A stretch of 64,000 nt of DNA from Candidatus Xenobia bacterium. GTDB taxonomy: Bacteria > Vulcanimicrobiota > Xenobia > Xenobiales > QWHO01. The stretch covers positions 17,803 through 81,802 of the forward strand of contig BTUM01000029.1 of the NCBI GenBank assembly GCA_045863235.1, in the 5' to 3' direction. The stretch's first letter is position 1, and every line of letters starts with the position of its first letter. A program made the position numbers and the translations under genes. This document shows positions 49,726 to 58,837 of the stretch, one piece after another. The notes under the pieces are model-generated. The model did no database searches. It was not told the origin of the DNA and was given only the letters and a program-made list of their open reading frames with translations.

Positions 49726-51153
49726 CTGAGCCTTCTCTCCCTCGATTTGCGGGCTCTGGCCCTGTGGCGCATCGGGATGGGGGGCATCGTCCTGCTCGAC
49801 GTGGGGCTCCGCTCGAGAGACCTGGTCGCTTTCTACACCGACGCGGGGGCTCTGCCCCGAGGGGTGCTGCTGCGCCAGCCCTGGCTCAGCCCGAGCTACG
49901 ACATCTTTCTGGCCACGGGAGATCTCTTCGGAGCCCTGGCTCTCTTCGCGCTGACGGCCGCAGCGGCAGCCTGCTTGACGCTGGGATACTGGACCCGCCT
50001 GGCCGGCCTGGCGACCTGGTTCATGGTCAGCTGCCTGCAACTTCGCAATCCGCTGCTGCTCGACGGAGGCGACGACCTGCTGCGGGTGATGCTCTTCTGG
50101 ACCCCCTTCCTGCCCCTGGCCGCGCGCTGGTCGCTGGACGCAAGCAGCCACCCCCGATGGCGAAGTCTCCCCGACCGCTATACCAGCCTGGCCACCACTG
50201 GCTACCTCCTCCAGGTCTGTCTGCTCTACCTGTTTGCGGGCCTGCTCAAGAGTGACGCAATGTGGCGCCAGACGGGAGAGGCACTGTATTACACCCTCAG
50301 CATCGACATGTTCGCGACTCGCCTTGCCCACGTAGCCCTCGGCTATCCCGAGTTGCTCCGCTGGCTGACCTTTGCCGCTCTGGCCCTGGAGCTGGGGTTC
50401 CCCCTGCTGGTGCTCAGCCCCTGGAAGACGGACCTGTGTCGGGGAGTGGCGGTTCTGGCAGGCTGGGCCTTCCATGTCAGCACCGCACTGTTGATGCATC
50501 TGGGGCTCTTCATGCCGATCGCGATGGTGAGCCTGCTCGGCCTGCTACCCTCAGCCTGGCTCGATCGGATCTTCCCGCCCGAAACCGGGCCCCGTTCCCA
50601 GGCAGAGCTGCCACCCGGCTATCGGATGAACTGGCCGGTGCGAGCGCTTCTCTGCCTTGTGCTGGCCTACCTCGTGGCCATCAATCTCCGCAGCCTGCAG
50701 CCAGAGCCCCCGAGGCTGAACCCGATCGTCCGCTGGTTCGGCATCCTGACCAAAGAGCATCAAGCCTGGTTTCTCTTCGGCCCGCGCCCCTTCTCAGATG
50801 ACGGCTGGTTCTGGATCGAGGCCGTCGACGATGAAGACCGACCCGTCCGACTGCTGGGAGGCCCGGACAAACCGACCCTTGTCTCGGCCCAGTTCCCGAA
50901 CCAGCGCTGGAGGCGCTGGCTTCAGAACCTGCGCGAGGACTATCCCGACCTGCGCGCCAGTTACCTGGACTTTCTCGAGCGCACCTGGGCCCGGCAGCAT
51001 CCCGACCGCCCACTCAAAAGGATCCAGCTCATCTTCATGGAGGAGCTAACCCCTCCCCCCGGCCAGATTCCCCAGGCCGGGCGCAAGCTCCTCATCGAGC
51101 GCACCTACACCCGGCGCGTCCCCTTGCGATTCAATCTAGAAGTTCCGGATTAG
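49726..51153 (+). CDS. Second HTTM domain membrane protein (paralogue of 45468..46898)
   Basis: 'DLRALALWRIG', 'AFYTDAGALPR', 'RNPLLLDGGD', 'FLPLAARWSLD', 'QAWFLFGP.P..DGWF', 'PNQRWR'; start uncertain (CTG 49726 or TTG 49747). Confidence 0.85.
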   Translation: MSLLSLDLRALALWRIGMGGIVLLDVGLRSRDLVAFYTDAGALPRGVLLRQPWLSPSYDIFLATGDLFGALALFALTAAAAACLTLGYWTRLAGLATWFMVSCLQLRNPLLLDGGDDLLRVMLFWTPFLPLAARWSLDASSHPRWRSLPDRYTSLATTGYLLQVCLLYLFAGLLKSDAMWRQTGEALYYTLSIDMFATRLAHVALGYPELLRWLTFAALALELGFPLLVLSPWKTDLCRGVAVLAGWAFHVSTALLMHLGLFMPIAMVSLLGLLPSAWLDRIFPPETGPRSQAELPPGYRMNWPVRALLCLVLAYLVAINLRSLQPEPPRLNPIVRWFGILTKEHQAWFLFGPRPFSDDGWFWIEAVDDEDRPVRLLGGPDKPTLVSAQFPNQRWRRWLQNLREDYPDLRASYLDFLERTWARQHPDRPLKRIQLIFMEELTPPPGQIPQAGRKLLIERTYTRRVPLRFNLEVPD

Positions 51154-52248
51154 CTGCAGGGTGGGCAGGATGGCGCTGATCACGATGAACCCTACCACCA
51201 AACCCATGCCAGCCATCAACAGGGGCTCCAGCAGCGCGGCCAGATCGGTCATGGCCAGCTCGACCTCTTCATCGTAAATGCGGGCGGCGTAGCGCAGCAT
51301 GTCGGTCAGGCCGCCGGTCTCCTCCCCCACGCTGATGAGGTAGACGGCCGCCCGGGGAAAGATCTCCACGTTCCTGGCCAGGGCCTCGCCCAGGTTCATC
51401 CCTTCCACCATGTCCCGGCGGGCCGCGGTCATCTGCTGGCTCACCCAGACGTTGCCAGCCACGGCGGTGGCTCGGCTCATCGCGTCCACCATCGGCATGC
51501 CGGACTCCAGCATGGTGGTCATCGCATAGAGGATCCGCGTGGTGGCCATCTTCTGCAGCAAGGTACCCAGGATGGGCAGCTCCATCGGCAAGCGGCTGAG
51601 CTGGGCCTGCATCCCGGGTCGTTGGCGCAGGAATGCCCGCAGCCACGGACGGGCTGCCCACAGCAAAAACAGGCCCATGGCACCGACGATCAGGGTCGGA
51701 AGAAGAAGGGTCCGGGTCGCCAGCAGCAAGCGAGTGGGCCAGGGGAGGGCGATCTTCATGCTATCGAACATCGGCTGGATCATCGGCAAGAGAAAGAAGA
51801 CAAAGAAGCAGACGCTGGCCATGGAGACCAGAAACAAGATGGCCGGATAGGTGAAGGTCGAGATCAACTTCTTTTGCATCTTGAGGTTCTTCTCGAGCAG
51901 ATCGGCCAGGCGGTTGAGCAGGTCTTGCAGTTGCCCCGACCGCTCCCCGGTTTCCACCAGCGAGCAGTAGACCTCCGAGAAGACCCGCGGATAGCTGCGC
52001 AAAGCGCGCGAGAGATAGACTCCGGAATGAACCTTCTGGCAGACGTCCTCGAGAATCCGCCGCAATCCCTTGTCTTCCAGGCTCTCCGTAAAAAAGTTCA
52101 AGGCCCGATAGAGCGGGATACCGGCGTCCAGCATCGCCGCGAACTGGCGAGTGAAGGTGGACAGCTCCTCCAGAGAGGCGCGGGGAGGCCGATTGCCGGG
52201 AAGCAGCTGCTGAAACTGCAGCTTGAACTCCTCCACCGGCGAACTCAC
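51136..52248 (-). CDS. Type II secretion F family / type IV pilus platform protein (PilC/GspF)
   Basis: 'FTRQFAAMLDAGIP', 'GERSGQL', 'TYP', 'VGEETGGL', 'LLEP'. Confidence 0.92.
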   Translation of the reverse strand: MSSPVEEFKLQFQQLLPGNRPPRASLEELSTFTRQFAAMLDAGIPLYRALNFFTESLEDKGLRRILEDVCQKVHSGVYLSRALRSYPRVFSEVYCSLVETGERSGQLQDLLNRLADLLEKNLKMQKKLISTFTYPAILFLVSMASVCFFVFFLLPMIQPMFDSMKIALPWPTRLLLATRTLLLPTLIVGAMGLFLLWAARPWLRAFLRQRPGMQAQLSRLPMELPILGTLLQKMATTRILYAMTTMLESGMPMVDAMSRATAVAGNVWVSQQMTAARRDMVEGMNLGEALARNVEIFPRAAVYLISVGEETGGLTDMLRYAARIYDEEVELAMTDLAALLEPLLMAGMGLVVGFIVISAILPTLQLIRNF

Positions 52249-52350
52249 AGTGTTTATTTTCTGGATGCGACTTGAGAATCCTTGACAGGAAACTTTTTCT
52301 CAAGCGAGCGGTTGGATGGCCCATCTCAACCCAATCAAGGAGGACCCACT

Positions 52351-52653
52351 ATGCGCAGCAACCTTCTGATCCTGGCCGCTCTCACCGCCCTGGCGCTGGC
52401 TCCGGCTCAAGCCCAGCCGGTCAACGAGCGAGAGCGAAATCAAGGCAGCCGCATCTACAACGGCGTCTCGTCCGGGCAGCTGACCCGAGCCGAAACGGCC
52501 AACGCCAGCCGCGACCTGGCCCGCATCCAGCGCCGGGAGAGCTACTACCGGGCCACCGGAGGGCGCTACACAGCGGCCGAGCGCCGGGCCACCCAGCATC
52601 AGCTCAACCGGAGCAGCCGACAGATCTATCGCCTCAAACACAACGCTCGCTGA
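52351..52653 (+). CDS. Small secreted helical protein
   Basis: GGAGG RBS, signal peptide (AQA|Q), 'NQ..RI..GV.SG.LT..E' pattern. Confidence 0.7.
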   Translation: MRSNLLILAALTALALAPAQAQPVNERERNQGSRIYNGVSSGQLTRAETANASRDLARIQRRESYYRATGGRYTAAERRATQHQLNRSSRQIYRLKHNAR

Positions 52654-52723
52654 GCTTCCATCGACCCTGTCAGGGAACGCCTCCGGCCCGGCTCCTCTCC
52701 GCCGCGCGCCGGGCTCGCTTCCC

Positions 52724-52756
52724 CCCGGCGCCCGTGGGCGCCGGGTGATTTTTTTT
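52724..52756 (+). terminator. Rho-independent terminator
   Basis: CCCGGCGCC-CGTG-GGCGCCGGG followed by a T8 tract. Confidence 0.75.
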
Positions 52757-52800
52757 CACGACCCCAGGACTGCGGCCGCGCTGCTGCGAAATCTCCGGTC

Positions 52801-53583
52801 ATGCGATGGTGGCGCCTGACGCTCTGGATGATGGCCTGGTTCATGACGACGGCCCAGACGACTTACACCGACGAGGACATCAAGGCCATGAAGGCCCGCT
52901 ATGAACGCCCTCCCAGGCCGGTCATCTCGGAAAACCTGCCCAAGAAACTTCTCGAGCGCAAGTATGAAGCTCCTCGCCTGATCGACTGGATGCTGCCTTA
53001 TCAGGACTGGGAGGAAGAGTATCGCCAGTATTTCCAGCGTCACTACCGCGACCCCCGGCTGACCTTCAAGCCCAGCGCCATCGTGATGCACTACACGGTC
53101 ACCCCGGATGCCTTCAGCGTGCGCAACATGTTCGTGCGCGGCTGCACGATGAGCGCCGGCGACAAAGGCACGGTCTTCGGCCATGTCAGCGTGCAGCTGA
53201 TGATCGGACCCTCGGGCAACGTCTACCAGCTCTTGCCGCTCGACCGACGCTGCACCGGAGCCTACGGCGTCAACCACGTGGCCCTCTCCATCGAGATGGT
53301 GGCCCGCAACGAGGCCGAGCTCTTGAGTCGTCCCGACCAGGTGTTCTCCAGCTTCTGCCTGGTTCGCTCTCTGATGCGCCAGTTCGACATTCCCGCCAAC
53401 AAGGTCTATGCCCATTACGAAGTCAGCGCTGGCAAGTCTGTCGTGAGCGAGTACACCGACTACGCCGACGCCACCTATCCCGACCGCTATCCTCCCGCCA
53501 GCGCCCGCACCGACCCGGGCAAGACCTACATGCGCTGGCTGCGCCAGTACCTGGCCCGGGTGGGTCCGGCCCCTCAGGAGTAA
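52801..53583 (+). CDS. N-acetylmuramoyl-L-alanine amidase (Amidase_2)
   Basis: 'IVMHYT', 'SIEM', 'AHYE', 'TDPG'. Confidence 0.82.
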   Translation: MRWWRLTLWMMAWFMTTAQTTYTDEDIKAMKARYERPPRPVISENLPKKLLERKYEAPRLIDWMLPYQDWEEEYRQYFQRHYRDPRLTFKPSAIVMHYTVTPDAFSVRNMFVRGCTMSAGDKGTVFGHVSVQLMIGPSGNVYQLLPLDRRCTGAYGVNHVALSIEMVARNEAELLSRPDQVFSSFCLVRSLMRQFDIPANKVYAHYEVSAGKSVVSEYTDYADATYPDRYPPASARTDPGKTYMRWLRQYLARVGPAPQE

Positions 53584-53590
53584 CGCCCCG

Positions 53591-54415
53591 GTGAAGATTC
53601 AACCCACCCCCGAGCAGCTGGCCTGCCTGGATCCACTGGAAAAATTTCACTTCCGGCTGGTCGACACGATCAACCGCGCGAGCTGGTTTCCTGACCTGGC
53701 CTCGCCCTTCAACTCGGTGATCTCACGGCTCTGGGTGGAGGCCTTCATCCGCAACCTGGTCCAGGACCACGGGTTCGACAACTTCAAGCGCATCGACCCG
53801 AACAGGTCCGTCTTGCTGGTCGCCAACCATCGCTCGTTCTACGACCAGTATTCCATCATGGCCCGGCTCTACACGCTCTTTGGCAACCATCACCGCATTT
53901 TCTTCCCCATCCGCTCGCCCTTCTTCTACGATTCGCTGCTGGGCCTGGTGGTCAACCTGTCCCTCTCCTTCGGGGCCATGTATCCGCCCATCACCCGAGA
54001 TCCGCGCCGCATGGCCTGGAACAGCTTTGCCATGGACCTGCTGGTCGAGCTGCTGCAGGATCGTCGCCACCTGGTGGGCTTTCATCCCGAGGGCAAGCGC
54101 AGTCAAGATCCCGACCCTTACGCCCTGCTGCCCGGCAAGCTCGGCTGCGGCATGGTGATCCACAAGTCTCGACCCAACGTGATTCCGGTGTTCCTGCAAG
54201 GCTTCCCGCGCAGCGTGCTGAGCTGGCCCCTCAAGAACCTGACCCGGCCCCGGCCGGTGGTGCACATGGTCATGGGAGCGCCCATCGACTTTTCCGAGGA
54301 GTTCGCCGCCCCGGGTGACCGGCGCACCTACCTGCGCATCGCCAAGAAGACGATGGCCGGCATCGCCGAGGTGGCCGAGCGCGAGAAGGCGATTCGAGCC
54401 GAATGGGAGACCTGA
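53591..54415 (+). CDS. Lysophospholipid/1-acyl-G3P acyltransferase (PlsC-like)
   Basis: 'ANHRSFYD' (HxxxxD) and 'FHPEGKRS'. Confidence 0.88.
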   Translation: MKIQPTPEQLACLDPLEKFHFRLVDTINRASWFPDLASPFNSVISRLWVEAFIRNLVQDHGFDNFKRIDPNRSVLLVANHRSFYDQYSIMARLYTLFGNHHRIFFPIRSPFFYDSLLGLVVNLSLSFGAMYPPITRDPRRMAWNSFAMDLLVELLQDRRHLVGFHPEGKRSQDPDPYALLPGKLGCGMVIHKSRPNVIPVFLQGFPRSVLSWPLKNLTRPRPVVHMVMGAPIDFSEEFAAPGDRRTYLRIAKKTMAGIAEVAEREKAIRAEWET

Positions 54416-54759
54416 TGAGAAGCATCTTGCTGATGGGACTTCTGACCGCGCTGGCCTGGGGCCAGGAGCTTCCCAAACCCGAGGGCACCTGGCAGATCGC
54501 CCACACCGATGGCAAGCCCATCGTGCTCGAGCTCAAGGCGGATCACTCGGCCACCAGCGACTGGGGGACCGGCGAGGTGGGAACCTGGCTGGTGCTGGAC
54601 GCAAAGCTGTACCTGGACTGGACCGATGGCTGGCGAGACGTGATCTTCTGGCAAGACGGCCAGCTGGTCAAGTGGGCCTGGGGGCCGGGCGTGGAGCGCA
54701 CCGGGCCGCCCACCAACAAGACCTCGGCGAGAAAACTGGATGACAGTCCCTCGCATTGA
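54415..54759 (+). CDS. Small secreted beta-rich hypothetical protein
   Basis: Signal peptide 'MRSILLMGLLTALAWG|Q'; 'GTW' motifs. Confidence 0.6.
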   Translation: MRSILLMGLLTALAWGQELPKPEGTWQIAHTDGKPIVLELKADHSATSDWGTGEVGTWLVLDAKLYLDWTDGWRDVIFWQDGQLVKWAWGPGVERTGPPTNKTSARKLDDSPSH

Positions 54760-54781
54760 GTGTGCGATGAATTCTCAACAG

Positions 54782-54884
54782 GTTGAACTTCGTCGCATCG
54801 CCCGTGCCACAACACTTTGGAAGCGGTTCGAAACAAGTTTCTCACCGCACGTTTCGTGGCACGGTCAATGCGACGAAGTTTAGC
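54782..54884. repeat. ~100-bp element with 25-bp imperfect terminal inverted repeats
   Basis: AACTTCGTCGCAT-cgc-CCGTGCCAC (54786-54810) pairs with GTGGCACGG-tca-ATGCGACGAAGTT (54856-54880). Confidence 0.75.
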
Positions 54885-55293
54885 TGCACTCTCGACAGAC
54901 CCCGGCCAGGGTCAGGTGGTTGACGTCCAGCGCAAACCCGTAGCGCTCCTGGATGAGCCGGGCGATCGAAGCCAGCTCCTCGGGGCCGATCTCGGGACCG
55001 TGCTGGCAGACCCGGCAGTGCAGGTGCCCGTGCAGGTGGGCCGGGTCGCGCAGCGAGTAACGCACGGTGTCCTGGCCCGAGTCCATCCGGTCCACCAGGC
55101 CCGCCTCGAACAGCCCCTCCAGGGTCCGGTAGACGGTAGCCAGGTTCAGGCCGGGCAACCGGTCCTGAGCCTTCTGAAAGAGCTCTTGGGCGGTCAGGTG
55201 ATGGTGGCCCTCGACTTCGTGCAACAGCTCGAGGATGACCGTGCGCTGGGGCGTGGCCCGCAGCCCCTTCTGGCGGAGGAGCGCGGGCATCAT
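54880..55293 (-). CDS. Fur family transcriptional regulator
   Basis: '[10 protein letters not shown]', 'LATVYRTL', 'HGHLHCRVC', C-terminal CxxC. Confidence 0.9.
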   Translation of the reverse strand: MMPALLRQKGLRATPQRTVILELLHEVEGHHHLTAQELFQKAQDRLPGLNLATVYRTLEGLFEAGLVDRMDSGQDTVRYSLRDPAHLHGHLHCRVCQHGPEIGPEELASIARLIQERYGFALDVNHLTLAGVCRECS

Positions 55294-55664
55294 TTGGGCT
55301 TGAAGTCGAGCGAGGCGGAGTTGATGCAGTAGCGCAGGTGGGTGGGCCCCGGACCGTCCGGGAAGACGTGGCCGAGATGGCCGCCGCACTGGCTGCACAG
55401 CACTTCGGTGCGGGTCATGCCGTGGCTGACATCTGTCTCGGAGGCCACCGCCTGCTCGTCCACCGGCTGCCAGAAGCTCGGCCAACCGGTGCCCGAGTCG
55501 AACTTGGTCTCGGAAGAGAAGAGCGCGTGCCCGCAGCCGGCGCAAAGATAGGTGCCGTTCTCCTTGTGGGCGTAGTACTTGCCGGTAAAGGCGCGCTCGG
55601 TGCCTTTCTCGCGCAAGATGCGATACTGCTCGGGTGTGAGGCAGGTTTGCCAGTCTTTCTCCAT
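55290..55664 (-). CDS. msrB: Peptide methionine sulfoxide reductase B
   Basis: 'GTERAFTG', 'SGTGWPSF', '[10 protein letters not shown]', 'RYCINSASL'. Confidence 0.96.
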   Translation of the reverse strand: MEKDWQTCLTPEQYRILREKGTERAFTGKYYAHKENGTYLCAGCGHALFSSETKFDSGTGWPSFWQPVDEQAVASETDVSHGMTRTEVLCSQCGGHLGHVFPDGPGPTHLRYCINSASLDFKPK

Positions 55665-55706
55665 GATTTCTGGCTTCGGGCGTCAGGCCCGAACTCCTCG
55701 GGGCAT

Positions 55707-55736
55707 GAAAAAGGGGCCCCTCGGGGCCCCGTTTTC
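55707..55736 (-). terminator. Rho-independent terminator
   Basis: GGGGCCCC-GA-GGGGCCCC followed by a T tract on the minus strand. Confidence 0.7.
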
Positions 55737-55743
55737 GTGCCTC

Positions 55744-56904
55744 TCAGGGTTGCGCGGGAGGCTCCTCGCTCCAGGTGGGGGTCTCGGCCGGACTCGGCGG
55801 CGAGTCGGCTGGATTGAGCCCGGTGCCGGCCGGATTGACCTCGAGGCCGTGCATCGCGGGCTGCAGGGGGCGGCCACCCAGCGGCAGGAAGCCATACTCG
55901 GGAGCTACCTGCTGCAGGATGTACATCGAGAAGCTGCGCGCCGCCACCGTAACCGGGGCACCGAACAGAGCGAAGACACAGATCCAGACGATGATGAAGA
56001 GCGGCACCGCGATACAGGCGCACAGGATCCCGATCGTCGTCCCGCCTGCATACCACAGGGCTGCCGTGGGAACGGCCAGCACGATGCCCACCACCATGAC
56101 GACCAGCAGGCCGGCCAGGCTGGTGGCGATGCCGCCCGCCATGCAGAGGAAGAAGTGGATCACCATGTAGCCGATCCAGCGCATCTTCTGGGCTTTGAAC
56201 ATGGGTTTGAAAAGCGCCCAGGCCTCGTTGGCGGTGATGTTCTGGCGATACATCAGGGGCACCACGATCTCCTGAAAGTAGCCGTTGACGAAGCACAGAG
56301 GGATCAACAGGGCCAGGAACCAGAAGAAGAGTGGAATGAGCAAGAGAAGGGCGCCCGAGTTTCCACCCTCGGCCATCACGGCGACCACTCCGAAAGGCAC
56401 TCCGCAGAGCAGGCCGAGAAGCATCAGCGTGACAATCACAAAGCCCACTCCCCACCAGAGCACCGACCAGCCCAATCGCGACAGGCGGCCCCAGGGCTCG
56501 ACGATGGCTTCGCGGTCGTGCACGATGTTCTCGACTAAGATGACACGCGCGAAGTTGCTGGCGAAGGTCATTCCAACCGCGAACACCATCATCGCCAGGA
56601 CAAAGAGAATGATCAGCGCCATGTAGGGCTTGATGGACTCGAGGCCGTCGCCCGCCTGGGCGCCCAGACCCAGCGCCCCAGCCAGCGAGCAGCCCAGCAT
56701 CACCCGCATGGACGAGTCGTGGTGGTCGCTTCCCTTGAAGAGCGAGCTGAAATCGCCCCCTCCCCCGCCCCCGCCGCCGCCGCTGTTGGCTCCGGCCAGG
56801 ACACTCAAGAAGGCGTAGTTGCGCCAGCGCACTTTGGAGCGCCGCTCCCACAGGAGATACTTGGTCCGCTCGATGGCGTTGTTGATTGCATCACCGTATT
56901 CCAT
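55744..56904 (-). CDS. Polytopic membrane protein (DUF7544-like)
   Basis: 'AI..AIERTK..L', Gly tract, 'F...IVVPLMY', many TM helices, Pro-rich tail. Confidence 0.65.
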   Translation of the reverse strand: MEYGDAINNAIERTKYLLWERRSKVRWRNYAFLSVLAGANSGGGGGGGGGDFSSLFKGSDHHDSSMRVMLGCSLAGALGLGAQAGDGLESIKPYMALIILFVLAMMVFAVGMTFASNFARVILVENIVHDREAIVEPWGRLSRLGWSVLWWGVGFVIVTLMLLGLLCGVPFGVVAVMAEGGNSGALLLLIPLFFWFLALLIPLCFVNGYFQEIVVPLMYRQNITANEAWALFKPMFKAQKMRWIGYMVIHFFLCMAGGIATSLAGLLVVMVVGIVLAVPTAALWYAGGTTIGILCACIAVPLFIIVWICVFALFGAPVTVAARSFSMYILQQVAPEYGFLPLGGRPLQPAMHGLEVNPAGTGLNPADSPPSPAETPTWSEEPPAQP

Positions 56905-56959
56905 ACCCGAACAATTCGGGCGGCAGGAGCCTCCCCCCTGCGAAGCGACAAACAGCTTG

Positions 56960-58837
56960 ATGAGCCTGGTGGGAGTGGATACCGGCGGCACCTTTACCGA
57001 TCTGGTCTTGTTCCAGGACGGCCAGCTGCATCTGTGCAAGGTCAGCACCACCCGGCCCTCGGCCGCCCCGGGAGTGTTGCGCGGTCTGGCTCGTCTCAAC
57101 CCCCGACCGGGCTTCGAGCTGGCCCTGGGCACTACGGTGGGCACCAACGCCTTCCTCGAGCGCCAGGGGGCACGCACCGCCTTCATCACCACCGAGGGCT
57201 TCGCCGACCTGCTCGAGCTCGCGCGCGGCACCCGTCCCGACCTCTACGCCCTGGTCCCCCGACGCGAAGAGCCGCTGACCCGACTGACCTTCGAGGTGAA
57301 AGAGCGCGTCTCGGCCGAGGGCCAGGTGCTCGAGCCCCTGGTGCTCGACGATGAACTGCCCGACCGCCTGCGCGCGTTGAAGGTCGAGTCGGTGGCCGTC
57401 TGCTTGCTCTTCTCCTTCCTCCGCCCCGAGCACGAAAAGACCCTGGGCCAGCTCCTCCAAGACTTCCCGGTCTCGCTCTCGCACCAGGTGTGCGGCGAGA
57501 TGCGCGAGTACGAGCGGGCCTCCACCACCGTGCTCAACGCCTACCTCCAACCCGTGCTGGCGCGCTACCTGCACGAGCTCGACCGCGAGCTCGAGCCGCT
57601 GGGCTGCAAGCAATTCTTCGTGGTCCACTCGGCCGGCGCGGTCATGAGCGCGGGCGAGGCGGCCGAGCGGGCCGTGGCGGCGGTGCTCTCGGGGCCGGCC
57701 GCGGGGGTGCACGGAGCCTTCGAGGTGGCCCGCCAGGCCGGGTTCGACCAGATCGTGACCCTGGACATGGGGGGCACCTCCACCGACGTCTCGCTCTGCC
57801 CCGGCCAGGTGGCCTATACCGCCGAGGGCGAGTTGGAAGGGATGCCGGTGCGCCAGCTGATGATCGACGTGCACACGGTGGGGGCCGGGGGCGGCTCGCT
57901 GGCCTGGCTCGATGCCGGCGGCGCCCTGCGGGTGGGGCCGCGCTCGGCCGGCTCGGATCCCGGTCCGGCCGCCTACGGCAAGGGCAGCGCTCCCACCGTG
58001 ACCGACGCCCTGCTGGTGCTCGATCGCATGCCCACCGAGCTGGCCGGGGGCGAGATCGAGCTGGACGCCGCCCGCTCGCACCAGGCCCTGGCCGGCCTGG
58101 GTCTGGGCCCTCCCGAGGAGGCGGCCGAAGCCGTGCTGGCCGTGGCCGAGGCCCACATGGAGCGCGCCCTGAGGGTTATCTCGCTGGAGCGGGGCTACGA
58201 CCCCGGCAGGTTTACCCTGGTGCCCTACGGGGGGGCCGGCCCGCTCTTCGCTGCCAGCCTGGCCGAGAAGCTGGCCATGCAGCGAGTGCTGGTGCCGCTC
58301 TATCCAGGCGTGCTCTCGGCCCTGGGGGCCCTGGTCGCCCCCTGGATGCGAGAGTTCGCCCTCTCGCGCCAGCAGCCGCTGGAGCAAGCCACGATGGAGG
58401 CCTGCCAGCCGCACTACGCCGAGTTGGAGGAGCGAGCACGCCAGGCCATGGGCCAGAAGCTGCGCTTCGAGCGCCTGGTGGACCTTCGCTACCGGGGGCA
58501 GGGGTTCGAGCTGACAGTGCCCTTCCGGGGTGACCTGAGGGCCGCCTTCCAGCGCCGCCACAAGCGCCGCTACGGCTATGCCCGCCCCGAGCATCCTCTG
58601 GAGCTGGTGACCTTGCGCCTGCGGGCTACCCGGCCGCGCCCCCGCCCCCGCTTTCTGGCTCTGCCAGCTCGCGAGCGCCTCCTCAGAGGCACGACATTCC
58701 GGCGCTCGGAGCTTGTTCCCGGCGACCGCTTCACCGGACCGGCCCGCATCGAGCAGCTCGACTGCACCACCTACCTGCCGGCCGGCTGGCAGGCCCGGGT
58801 GGATCCCCACCTCAACCTGGTGCTGGAGCGCTCATGA
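56960..58837 (+). CDS. Hydantoinase/5-oxoprolinase subunit A family
   Basis: 'GVDTGGTFTD', 'REYERASTT', 'LSGPAAG', 'DMGGTSTD', 'GAGGGS', 'GPRSAGSDPGP'. Confidence 0.93.
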   Translation: MSLVGVDTGGTFTDLVLFQDGQLHLCKVSTTRPSAAPGVLRGLARLNPRPGFELALGTTVGTNAFLERQGARTAFITTEGFADLLELARGTRPDLYALVPRREEPLTRLTFEVKERVSAEGQVLEPLVLDDELPDRLRALKVESVAVCLLFSFLRPEHEKTLGQLLQDFPVSLSHQVCGEMREYERASTTVLNAYLQPVLARYLHELDRELEPLGCKQFFVVHSAGAVMSAGEAAERAVAAVLSGPAAGVHGAFEVARQAGFDQIVTLDMGGTSTDVSLCPGQVAYTAEGELEGMPVRQLMIDVHTVGAGGGSLAWLDAGGALRVGPRSAGSDPGPAAYGKGSAPTVTDALLVLDRMPTELAGGEIELDAARSHQALAGLGLGPPEEAAEAVLAVAEAHMERALRVISLERGYDPGRFTLVPYGGAGPLFAASLAEKLAMQRVLVPLYPGVLSALGALVAPWMREFALSRQQPLEQATMEACQPHYAELEERARQAMGQKLRFERLVDLRYRGQGFELTVPFRGDLRAAFQRRHKRRYGYARPEHPLELVTLRLRATRPRPRPRFLALPARERLLRGTTFRRSELVPGDRFTGPARIEQLDCTTYLPAGWQARVDPHLNLVLERS

